The notes beneath the pieces are model-generated. The model searched no databases, was not told the DNA's origin, and saw only the letters and a list, made by a program, of their open reading frames with translations. Shown one piece after another: positions 14,501 through 26,304 of a stretch of DNA of 64,000 nucleotides (its first letter is position 1; every line of letters begins with the position of its first letter). This stretch comes from Octopus sinensis. Taxonomy: Eukaryota. A program made the translations under genes and the position numbers. The stretch covers positions 18,351,360 to 18,415,359 of the forward strand of contig NC_043019.1 in NCBI RefSeq assembly GCF_006345805.1, written 5' to 3'.

Positions 14501-17500
14501 TATCTAGTGAATTGTGTAGAATACTGCTGATTCACTGTGCCTCTCATAAATGCAATCTAGGGTTTCTAGCTATTACCAGAGATATACTATATGAAAGGAA
14601 CATATCTAGTGAATTTGTGTAGAATACTGCTGATTCACTGTGGCCTCTCATAAATGCAATCTAGGTATTTCTAGCTATTACCAGAGATAATACTGAAAGG
14701 AACATATCTAGTGAATTGTGTAGAATACTGCTGATTCACTGTGCCTCTCATAAATGCAATCTAAGGTTTCTAGCTGTTACCAGAGATAATACTGAAAGGA
14801 ACATATCTAGTGAATTTGTGTAGAATACTGCTGATTCACTGTGCCTCTCATAAATGCAATGTAGGTGTTTCTAGCTTTTGCCAGAGATAATACTGAAAGG
14901 AACATATCTAGTGAATTTGTGTAGAATACTGCTGATTCACTGTGCCTCTCATAAATGCAATCTAGGTGTTTCTAGCTGTTACCAGAGATAATACTGAAAG
15001 GAACATATCTAGTGAATTTGTGTAGGATACTGCTATTTCACTGTGCTCTCATAAATGCAATCTAGGGGTTCTAGCTATTACCAGAGATAATACTGAAAGG
15101 AACATATCTAGTGAATTTGTGTAGAATACTGCTGATTCACTGTGCCTCTCATAAATGCAATCTAGGTGTTTCTAGCTATACCAGAGATAATACTGAAAGG
15201 AACATATCTAGTGAATTTGTGTAGAATACTGCTGATTCACTGTGCCTCTCATAAATGCAATCTAGGTGTTTCTAGCTGTTACCAGAGATAATACTGAAAG
15301 GAACATATCTAGTGAATTTGTGTAGAATACTGCTGATTCACTGTGCCTCTCATAAATGCAATCTAGGGTTTTCTAGCTATTACCAGAGATAATACTGAAA
15401 GAAACATATCTAGTGAATTTGTGTAGAATACTGCTGATTCACTGTGTCCCTCATAAATGCAGTCTAGGTGTTTCTAGCTATTACCAGAGATAATACTGAA
15501 CGGAACATATTTAGTGCATTGTGTAGAATACTGCTGATTCACTGTGCCTCTCATAAATGCAATCTAGGTGTTTCTAGCTGTTACCAGAGATAATACTGAA
15601 AGGAACATATCTAGTGAATTTGTGTAGAATACTGCTGATTCACTGTGCCTCTCATAAATGCAATCTAGGTGTTTCTAGCTTTTACCAGAGATAATACTGA
15701 AAGGAACATATCTAGTGAATTTGTGTAGAATACTGCTGATTCACTGTGCCTCTCATAAATGCAATCTAGGTGTTTCTAGCTGTTACCAGAGATAATACTG
15801 AAAGGAACATATCTAGTGAATTTGTGTAGAATACTGCTGATTCACTGTGCCTCTCATAAATGCAATCTAGGTGTTTCTAGCTAATACTAGAGATAATACT
15901 GAAAAGAACATATCTAGTGAATTTCTGTAGAATACTGCTGATTCACTGTGCCTCTCATAAATGCAATCTAGGTGTTTCTAGCTAATACTAGAGATAATAC
16001 TGAAAAGAACATATCTAGTGAATTTCTGTAGAATACTGCTGATTCACTGTGCCTCTCATAAATGCAATCTAGGTGTTTCTAGCTAATACTAGAGATAATA
16101 CTGAAAGGAACATATCTAGTGAATTTCTGTAGAATACTGCTGATTCACTGTGCCTCTCATAAATGCAATCTAGGTGTTTAGCTTTTACCAGAGATAATAC
16201 TGAAAGGAACATATCTAGTGAATTTGTGTAGAATACTGCTGATTCACTGTGCCTCTCATAAATGCAATCTAGGTGTGTTTCTAGCTGTTACCCAGAGATA
16301 ATACTGAAAGGAACATATCTAGTGAATTTGTGTAGAATACTGCTATTCACTGTGCCTCTCATAAATGCAATCTAGGGGTTTTCTAGCTATACCAGAGATA
16401 ATACTGAAAGGAACATATCTAGTGAATTTGTGTAGAATACTGCTGATTCACTGTGCCTCTCATAAATGCAATCTAGGTGTTTCTAGCTAACCAGAGATAA
16501 TACTGAAAGGAACATATCTAGTGAATTTTGTGTAGAATACTGCTGATTCACTGTGCCTCTCATAAATGCAATCTAGGTGTTTCTAGCTGTTACCAGAGAT
16601 AATACTGAAGGAACATATCTAGTGAATTTGTGTAGAATACTGCTGATTCACTGTGCCTCTCATAAATGCAATCTAGTGTTTCTAGCTGTTACCAGAGATA
16701 ATACTGAAAGGAACATATCTAGTGAATTTGTGTAGAATACTGCTGATTCACTGTGCCTCTCATAAATGCAATCTAGGTGTTTCTAGCTGTTACCAGAGAT
16801 AATACTGAAAGGAACATATCTAGTGAATTTGTGTAGAATACTGCTGATTCACTGTGCCTCTCATAAATGCAATCTAGGTGTTTCTAGCTATTACCAGAGA
16901 TATATACTGAAAGGAACATATCTAGTGAATTTGTGTAGAATACTGTGTAGAATACTGCTGATCACTGTGCCTCATAAATGCAATCTAGGTGTTTTTAGCT
17001 GTTACCAGAGATAATACTGAAAGGAACATATCTAGTGAATTTGTGTAGAATACTGCTGATTCACTGTGCCTCTCATAAATGCAATCTAGGGTTTCTAGCT
17101 GTTACCAGAGATAATACTGAAAGGAACATATCTAGTGAATTTGTGTAGAATACTGCTGATTCACTGTGCCTCTCATAAATGCAATCTAGGTGTTTCTAGC
17201 TTTTACCAGAGATAATACTGAAAGGAACATATCTAGTGAATTTGTGTAGAATACTGCTGATTCACTGTGCCTCTCATAAATGCAATCTAGGGTTTCTAGC
17301 TATAACCAGAGATAATACTGAAAGGAACATATCTAGTGAATTTGTGTAGAATACTGCTGATTCACTGTGCCTCTCATAAATGCATTCTAGGTGTTTCTAG
17401 CTATTACCAGAGATAATACTGAAAGGAACATATCTAGTGAATTTGTGTAGAATACTGCTGATTCACTGTGCCTCTCATAAATGCAATCTAAATGTTTCTA

Positions 17501-19923
17501 GCTGTTACCAGAGATAATACTGAAAGGAACATATCTAGTGAATTTGTGTAGAATACTGCTGATTCACTGTGCCTCTCATAAATGCAATCTAGGTGTTTCT
17601 AGCTATTACCAGAGATAATACTGAAAGGAACATATCTAGTGAATTTGTGTAGAATACTGCTGATTCACTGTGCCTCTCATAAATGCAATCTAGGTGTTTC
17701 TAGCTGTTACCAGAGATAATACTGAAAGGAACATATCTAGTGAATTTGTGTAGGATACTGCTATTTCACTGTGCCTCTCATAAATGCATTCTAGGGGTTT
17801 CTAGCTATAACCAGAGATAATACTGAAAGGAACATATCTAGTGAATTTGTGTAGGATACTGCTGATTCACTGTGCCTCTCATAAATGCAATCTAGGTATT
17901 TCTAGCTAATACCAGAGATAATACTGAAAGGAACATATCTAGTGAATTTGTGTAGAATACTGCTGATTCACTGTGCCTCTCATAAATGCAATCTAAATGT
18001 TTCTAGCTGTTACCAGAGATAATACTGAAAGGAACATATCTAGTGAATTTGTGTAGAATACTGCTGATTCACTGTGCCTCTCATAAATGCAATCTAGGTG
18101 TTCTAGCTGTACCAGAGATAATACTGAAAGGAACATATCTAGTGAATTTGTGTAGAATACTGCTGATTCACTGTGCCTCTCATAAATGCAATCTAGGTGT
18201 TTCTAGCTGTACCAGAGATAATACTCAAAGGAACATATCTAGTGAATTTGTGTATAAATACTGCTGATTCACTGTGCCTCTCATAAATGCAATCTAGCGT
18301 TTCTAGCTATTACCAGAGATAATACTGAAAGGAACATCTAGTGAATTTGTGTGAATTGTGTAGAATACTGCTGATTCACTGTGCCTCTCATAAATGCAAT
18401 CTAGGTGTTTCTAGCTATTACCAGAGATAATACTGAAAGGAACATATCTAGTGAATTTGTGTAGAATACTGCTGATTCACTGTGCCTCTCATAAATGCAA
18501 TCTAGGTGTTTCTAGCTGTTACCAGAGATAATACTGAAAGGAACATATCTAGTGAATTTGTGTAGAATACTGCTGATTCACTGTGCCTCTCATAAATGCA
18601 ATCTAGGTGTTTCTAGCTGTTACCAGAGATAATACTGAAAGGAACATATCTAGTGAATTTTGTGTAGGATATTGCTATTTCACTGTGCCTCTCATAAATG
18701 CATTCTAGGGGTTTCTAGCTATAACCAGAGATAATACTGAAAGGAACATATCTAGTGAATTTGTGTAGGATACTGCTGATTCACTGTGCCTCTCATAAAT
18801 GCAATCTAGGTATTTCTAGCTAATACCAGAGATAATACTGAAAGGAACATATCTAGTGAATTTGTGTAGAATACTGCTGATTCACTGTGCCTCTCGTAAA
18901 TGCAATCTAAATGTTTCTAGCTGTTACCAGAGATAATACTGAAAGGAACATATCTAGTGAATTTGTGTAGAATACTGCTGATTCACTGTGCCTCTCATAA
19001 ATGCAATCTAGGTGTTTCTAGCTGTTACCAGAGATAATACTGAAAGGAACATATCTAGTGAATTTGTGTATAATACTGCTGATTCACTGTGCCTCTCATA
19101 AATGCAATCTAGGTGTTTCTAGCTATTACCAGAGATAATACTGAAAGGAACATATCTAGTGAATTTGTGTAGAATACTGCTGATTCACTGTGCCTCTCAT
19201 AAATGCAATCTAGGTGTTTCTAGCTATTACCAGAGATAATACTGAAAGGAACATATCTAGTGAATTTTGTAGAAGTATGAATACTGCTGATTCACTGTGC
19301 CTCTCATAAATGCAATCTAGGTGTTTCTAGCTGTTACCAGAGATAATACTCAAAGGAACATATCTAGTGAATTTGTGTATAATACTGCTGATTCACTGTG
19401 CCTCTCATAAATGCAATCTAGGTGTTTCTAGCTATTACCAGAGATAATACTGAAAGGAACATATCTAGTGAATTTGTGTAGAATACTTCTGATTCACTGT
19501 GCCTCTTATAAATGCAATCTAGCTGTTTCTAGCTATTACCAGAGTTAATACTGAAAGGAACATATCTAGTGAATTTGTATAGAATACTGCTGATTCACTG
19601 TGCCTCTCATAAATGCAATCTAGGTGTTTCTAGCTGTTATCAGAGATAATACTGAAAGGAACATATCTAGTGAATTGTGTAGAATACTGCTGATTCACTG
19701 TGCCTCTCATAAATGCAATCTAGGTGTTTCTAGCTATTACCAGAGATATACTGAAAGGAACATATCTAGTGAATTGTGTAGAATACTGCTGATTCACTGT
19801 GCCTCTCATAAATGCAATCTAGGTGTTTCTAGCTATTACCAGAGATAATACTGAAAGGAACATATGTAGTGAATTTGTGTAGAATACTGCTGATTCACTG
19901 TGCCTCTCATAAATGCAATCTAG
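2598..19923 (+). repeat. 101-bp tandem satellite, ~170 units, derived from a hAT transposase coding segment
   Basis: Unit gaatttgtgtagaatactgctgattcactgtgcctctcataaatgcaatctaggtgtttctagct(g/a)ttaccagagataatactgaaaggaacatatctagt; period 101 measured from 4201 to 4302; no variable spacers. Confidence 0.98.
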
Positions 19924-20703
19924 CTGCGTTTGCATACCTTGTTAAAATTATGTTGATGAGGCAGCTAAAAGCATTAAAACTTACAGGTAAACTTCGAGAA
20001 TGAATGTCTTGGCAAACCTTTACAGAGAACTAAAACCTGTTGGTTCATTACTTATAACATGATTGATATGTACATCCAAGTGAATCTGTTTTTACGCTCT
20101 TTTCAAGGCAATCCAAACTGGTTGATTATCTTTTGACTCCATGTGATTATAATGATCTGCAGACTTAAAGACAATTTAGGAAAGTTACGCTCAGTAATAA
20201 TTGCCTTGCAAAAGACAGAAATCTATTTGAGAGATGCTCAAATACTTTTTGATGAAATTCCCGCATTGTATCCTTACGAAGAGTTGAAAAAATATTTGCT
20301 TCCATCAACAGCCCTTGTGGAGAGCCCAAATTTTGAAAAGTGGAATTGGGAAAATTTTACAACATGCAGAAGCAGAGTTAACTGCGGATAAAGTGGCCGC
20401 TCTACATCAGCTGAAAGTGGTTACAGACACAGCAATCTGATTTACCTGTAGATGATGATTTCGCTTCAATTTGTTTGAAAAAAATACAAAAAGGATAAAA
20501 TTTCACCTTGGCAATATCTGAACGGCAGATTTTTGTTACCAACGTCCAACATCTTGGAACATTTCTTCACGTCAGCAGGTTGCGCTTTTAATGATTTTCG
20601 GCAATACTTAACACCAATGAATTTAGAAATGCAATCATTTCTAAAAGTCAATCGCACTTTCTGGGATGAAGACCTAGTTTCAGAAGTCTGCAATCGTTCA
20701 TGA
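19829..20703 (+). pseudogene. Degraded hAT-superfamily transposase (catalytic core to C-terminal dimerisation region)
   Basis: Motifs in the expected order across frameshifts and stops: RDN...HCASHKCNLA (D and CxxH); TKTCWFITYNM (TRWxSxxxM-like, ~20035); LRSVIIALQ...LFDEI...YL...VESPNFE; then YLNGRFLLPTSNILEHFFTSAG...LTPMNLEMQSFLKVNRTFWD with TGA at 20701-20703. Confidence 0.85.
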
Positions 20704-20779
20704 TTTTTTGCTATATTAAAATTGTAGCGTACACTTGAGTAAAACTCCTCTCTTATATATATATATATATATATACACA

Positions 20780-21773
20780 TACGAATGCAGTAGATAACAG
20801 CCAGCCTCTGGCTGCATTTTGGACCCCGCTGTGTCCACTATTCTGATTGGTTGGTATTGGCGCAATTTGTCTCTTGCTCTAGCATGAGTCAATATGCAGC
20901 CCAACCAATCGCAGCCTTCAAATAAGGTCACATGTGACACCCTGTTTTTCTACTCAACTTTGAGCCTACAACTCCTCATAAAAACCCAGTTTTCTCCTTG
21001 TCTCGATCCTGTCTTTTAGTCAGACTTTTAAGGTCTAGCCACTGACACACAAGACACCGCCAGTTTCAGTGACAACACAACAGCAGCACGTTGAGACTTA
21101 TCGACTTCATCCAACAGCATTCGGCAAACTCCATTTCTGTCGCCACCATCAACCCTAACGTCATCATCTCTCTAAGTACACAACTCAACAAGCAACTCAC
21201 CCTGGTCACAACACTGCACTGTTTGTGAATTACTTCACCATGGACCAACAGCAAATATACAAGTGGCGAGAACTCCTGTACCAAGTGACCCAGGCAGCAG
21301 CATCACAGCCACAACATCACATACGACATGTACCGCAACCAGCTCTGCATCATCACTGCAACTTCTTGATACATTATTTCAACTATCGTGTACAATTGAC
21401 TATGAACTGGTATTTATCATTCTTGTGTCTATGAATTTACTCCTCACTCCAATGGCTACAGAAGCTTTCACTGTCTCGTCTTCATCGCCATCCTTATATG
21501 TTCTTAACACGCATACGTCTATGTCTGCATACACACGCATACATCTTATTCTTATGACGGCCTGTCTATTATTCTGTATATACAACGCACACACAATCAC
21601 ACATGTTAACATATCACCAAATCTTCTCTTAAACATTCTGCCCGGTTGTGTCTCTTATTTCCCTCTGGCACATATATGCATTGTTCTATTTATATTCATT
21701 GTATCGACCGTGTGATGTACTAAGGAGCCATTCTCATCACCTCGCTTCGCACGGATGTTACAAGTTGGTGACC
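20780..21773 (+). mobile_element. Probable LTR-retrotransposon LTR remnant with a truncated PBS
   Basis: CCAAT boxes in both orientations and a TATA-like cataaaaa (~20977). Ends ...gatgttaca (21762), followed by agttggtgacc, which resembles a tRNA-Trp PBS (TGGTGACCCCG). 5' boundary uncertain. Confidence 0.4.
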
Positions 21774-22451
21774 TGTTCCAGCTCCTTGAAACTACAAAAA
21801 TAATTATAATGGGAGAAGAAGATACTCCACAGGTATCCATTCCATTATAGAACGTTTCAATTGTGCAACTCGTTTGAGAAACTCTTTCAATTAAAGAACT
21901 ACAATTTATTTGTTTTTCAACTACTGTTCAATGTAGAGTATACATATTGTTTGTTCTCAATTTTAAATCAATAAAACTGAACTTTGCACATTTTCTGATA
22001 ATAAAGTTTTTGGAAACTATAAGACGTGCCTTTTATTTTCCTATCATTTTGGCTCTTATCTAAAACGAAGCTAACACTCCAAACTATATGGTATTTTTAT
22101 GTTTGGCAAAATAATTGAGAATTGATTATGATAATTGATTGGCCTATATCCCAATTTAAAATTAATTGATTGGAAAGGTTCCAAGAGAGTGAGTTGGAGT
22201 GAGAGAGATGTTGTAGTTTCAAGGAGCTTGTAGTTTCAAGGAGTCCTTGAGGGACACAACATCCCGCACTCTACGGTACTGATGGCCAGCTGGTTGGAAC
22301 TCGTTTTGTGTCAGCCACCCCTGGTGGTATATGTATTTCACACCCAGCCCATCAAGGACTGCTAGACAGACGACTGAAACTGTTTTTTATGGCATGTCTG
22401 TTGCTCCATACTTTACAGATAAGGAAAATGCAAGGTGCTTTTTGGTTTTCT

Positions 22452-22732
22452 CAGCCACTTAATAAATTGGGTTATCTCTCCCACCTTAAAAAATTATTTA
22501 ACCCTCATTAAAACAAAACAAAAAATGAAAAAATTCATAAACATGAAAAGTAAAAAGTTTTTGCATACTCATTGAATCTGATAATATTTTTTATAACAAA
22601 TCATACCTTGCCTATTGAGGAGGTCAAACATCAACAATGTGTTGAAGTATTGAATCGGAAGGATTTAACTTTTAATCTAATCTCTTGTTGCCACATTTTT
22701 TAGTGGGGAGATAACCCAATTTTTTAATGGCT
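22452..22732. mobile_element. Small inverted-repeat element (MITE-like)
   Basis: agccacttaataaattgggttatctctcccaccttaaaaaat (22452-22494) pairs with attttttagtggggagataacccaattttttaatggct (22695-22732). Confidence 0.6.
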
Positions 22733-23148
22733 ATTTTGTAATAGGGTTGATCTGAGAGAAAGTATCGTAGGATTAACGAAAATATATTCAGTTCGGCCAG
22801 ATTTATTTCTCTTCTGGCCAGCAATTTCTTCAAATACAATTCAGGCTGATGTCGGTGGTACAACGTTGTTCTGTTTTCTGGTGTTTGTTGATGATACAAA
22901 TGTACCGAGGCGGGCCTCACAGAATGCACTGTGATTCCCTTAACTTATTTCTATGTAAAAAGCTCGTAATCTAAATGAGAATTATAGTCTCATACAACAA
23001 ACTGCAGAAAAGTGGCTTTCGAATGTGAAAGAAAGTTGTCGCAACCAGGAATCGAAACCAGGCCAGCGAATGTTTACAGCTGTTACTTACATCCTTGTCC
23101 CACCGTCTTGAAGTGACTCGAGATAAGAAAATTGCATAAAGCCCCAGA

Positions 23149-23526
23149 ATTAATTCGGTACTACGCGCGAACAGTGGTCCCGGTGCGCGCACTCGCTCAT
23201 CCGCACTAGCTAGTCGTAAGTAGTCGATCCTACAACGACTTGCGCCTATGTTTGTATTTCAAGGCTGAATACATATCAAAGAAAATTCAATAATATTTTT
23301 CGAACAAAGTAAATAAAACGCAAAGTAAATAATTTTTTAAACTAAGAAAATAAATTATTTTTATAAACCTGTGTGGTAAGTAGCTTGCTAACCAACCACA
23401 TGGCTCCGGGTTCAGTCCCACTGCGTAGCACCTTGGGCAAGTGTCTTCTGCTATAGCCCCGGGCCGACCAATGACTTGTGAGTGGATTTGGTAGACGGAA
23501 ACTGAAAGAGGCCTGTCATATATATG

Positions 23527-23557
<31 letters not shown>

Positions 23558-23881
23558 TTATGTGTCTGTGTTTGTCCCCCTAGCATTGCTTGACAACCGA
23601 TGCTGGTGTGTTTACGTCCCCGTAACTTAGCGGTTCGGCAAAAGAGACCGATAGAATAAGTACTGGGCTTACAAAGAATAAGTCCCGGGGTCGATTTTCT
23701 CGACTAAAGGCGGTGCTCCAGCATGGCCGCAGTCAAATGACTGAAACAAGTAAAAGAGTAAAAAAGAGTAAAAGAGTAAACAAAGTTAGGGTTAAAAAGT
23801 CGTTGTAGGATCGACTACTTACGACTAGCTAGCGCGAGTGCGCGTGACGGGACCACTGTTCGCTCGTAGTACCGAATTAAT
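23149..23881. mobile_element. MITE with ~90-bp CpG-rich terminal inverted repeats, interrupted by a SINE
   Basis: Arms 23149-23241 (attaattcggtactacg...cctacaacgactt) and 23797-23881 (aagtcgttgtagg...cgtagtaccgaattaat) are reverse complements with one internal indel. Confidence 0.8.
23369..23778 (+). mobile_element. Octopus-type tRNA-derived SINE
   Basis: Pol III A/B-box-like head (tgtggtaag...ggttcagtcc), internal (TA)n(TG)n, tail atgactgaaacaagtaaaagagta repeats; near-identical to 24222-24643. Confidence 0.85.
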
Positions 23882-24221
23882 CGGTTGCTCATTAAACCGG
23901 CTGCTTTGATTCACAACCACACTTTATCACACTTCTGTCAACCGCAAAACTTGATTCTACACTTAACAGTAAGTTTGTTACACAGAAATTGCTATCGATC
24001 TCATTCACATTTTAATGAACTTAGACTAATTAATTACTTCATAACTTTTAAGCAAATGTTTTCCCAGTGTTTCTTTTTCTTCTCCTTTTTTATTATTTAC
24101 AAATCTGAAATCTATTGTTGCATTGTTTTGTTGTTTATTCATTTGTTTGTGTATAAAGCAACAGTTGTTTCATTTCTAAAATTCAAAAACTTTTATATTG
24201 TTATTTAATTACCAAAGTTGA

Positions 24222-24378
24222 AATGGCTCTGTGGTAAGTAGCTTGCTTACCAACCACATGGTTCCTGGTTCAGTCCCACTGTGTGGCATTTTGGTCAAGT
24301 GTCTTTTGCTATAGCTTCGGGCCGACCAAAGCATTGTGAGTGGATTTGATAGACAGAAACTGAAAGAAGCCCGTCGTA

Positions 24379-24425
<47 letters not shown>

Positions 24426-24643
24426 ATATGCTTGTGTGTCTGTGTTTGTCCCCCCAACATCACTTGACAACCGATGCTGGTGTATTTACGTCCCCGTAAC
24501 TTAGCGGTTCGGCAAAAGAGACCGATAGAATAAGTACTAGGCTTACAAAGAATAAGTCTTGGTGTAGATTTGCTAGACTAAAGGTGGTGCTCCAGCATGG
24601 CCACAGTCAAATGACTGAAACAAGTAAAAGAGTATAAATGAGT
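24222..24643 (+). mobile_element. Octopus-type tRNA-derived SINE
   Basis: Same family as 23369-23778 over its full length. Confidence 0.85.
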
Positions 24644-25194
24644 AACTTCAGAAATTAAACCTAATGAACAAGCAACGAAACACTACACGATATCTTACTA
24701 TCACGAACATAAAGAATACGCTCACCTGGTGTTTAGGGTTAAGGTTACCTCCACCTCAAACTTATTTCATAGAACTTAGGTCACCCTTGGGCGGTTTGGC
24801 ATGGAAATGGTCAAAACAGTTTTGAAGATAACACAGCAGAGGTCGAGTGTTTGCACCCCGACCTGGATAATTGCCAGACTTAAAAAACCGTAACGGGGTC
24901 AATCTGTTCGATCGAAACCGTCCATGGCACTGACCGAGCATGACTGCAATCCAATGACTGAAACAAGGAAAAAGATTTATTTTCCAGGATGGAGATTATG
25001 TTTGTGTTGGTAATTGTTTTTCTCGATATTTGAGAATGGTTTCAAATTTTCTTCCTCATAGGACTTTTTCTTCTAAAATAATATTTTGCAGAAGAAATAC
25101 ATTTTCGAAAGTGTAGATAACATAATGTTCATGTTTCTGAAAAAAAAAAAAAGTGTAAAATGATAAAATTATGGAATTTACTGGTTGCAAAAAT

Positions 25195-26304
25195 GGGATT
25201 GTTTCAATCTCAGTCACAGATTTTTTAATTAAATTTTTTTAACTAAACAGTTTTAACTTTGGATACTGGTTGAGTGTGTCATGTAGAACGTGGTTTACTC
25301 TTAACGTTTTTGACAAAATTTTGCATTTTAGAAGTTATTTCGTGTTAAAGTTGTTGTATTTGGATAATTTAACCAATCAATGATGTATTCAGCTCAAGAA
25401 AGTTACTGCTGTTTGCAAAAGTAATGGAAGAGCAATAACTTCCAGGTTATCGGGCAATGAAAGAGAGAGAAAGAGAGGTGGGAGAAAAATATATACGATA
25501 AGAAAGGTGAGTGAGGAAAATAGAAAGTTCTTTTATAGGGAATACATACGTGTGTCTGTGCGTGTGTATTTTTTTCCATTTTATCCAATGTGTCCTATCA
25601 TTTATATAATGATAGTGTATGATATTGAGAGATATTTGACTGTTATTTCCAACAAATCATAGAGGGAGAGAGAGAGAGAACAGAGAGTGTGGTGGTGTAT
25701 TGACGATCTGAATGACAGCTTATATAAACTTACCAATCCTCTACCACTGCATATTAATTTATTAAACCCTCTCCTTTTCCTTGCTTCCATTCGGGGTTTT
25801 ACATATGAATGTGTGTGATGGACAGCAGAAACGCTGCATGAACAACTGTTGTCAACTTCACAATCCCAATCATTCCTTAAAGCTATGTATTGCTCACACC
25901 CATCTCCTTTTCCTTTCTTCAGCATTCTAAAGGTTGCATGTGTGCGTATGTATTGGTATCTGTGTGTGTGCGTGTGTGTATGTGTATAGTTGTATACATG
26001 TGGCTGTGTATATACGTACATATATGTATGCAGTGTCCAAAACAGATGACCCAGAAGTTGTTGCTCTTCCATTACTTTTGCAAACAGCAGTAACTTTCTT
26101 CAGCTGATTACACATCATTGATTGGTTAAAATTAACCAAATATGACAACTTTAACATGAAATAACTTCTAAAATTCAAAATTTGTCAAAAACGTTAAGAA
26201 GAAACCACGTTCTATGTGACACATTCAACTGGTATCTGAAATTTCAAACTGTTTAGTTAAAAAAAATTAATTAAAAAATCTGTGACTGAGATTGAAAAGA
26301 TCCC
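25195..26304. mobile_element. Non-autonomous DNA transposon / foldback element with ~255-bp inverted arms
   Basis: 25195-25451 (gggattgtttcaatctcagtcacag...) is the diverged reverse complement of 26044-26304 (...ctgtgactgagattgaaaagatccc); ~590-bp non-coding spacer; no clear TSD. Confidence 0.8.

Noticed and set aside
7605-19848. Short Cys/His-rich ORFs (HCASHKC) as zinc-finger genes
   Set aside because: They arise from sporadic indels joining frames of a 101-bp unit that has stops; the motif is the hAT CxxH remnant
2598-19923. CRISPR-like array
   Set aside because: Units repeat in full with no unique spacers; no cas genes; eukaryotic context
21263-21715. 150-aa ORF as a membrane protein
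   Set aside because: Non-ATG start, no recognisable domain, lies within the LTR-like repeat
23369-23440. tRNA gene
   Set aside because: A/B-box head of a SINE; no complete cloverleaf, and it continues into the SINE body
24733-24747. Telomere-like ttagggttaaggtta
   Set aside because: Only about two imperfect units
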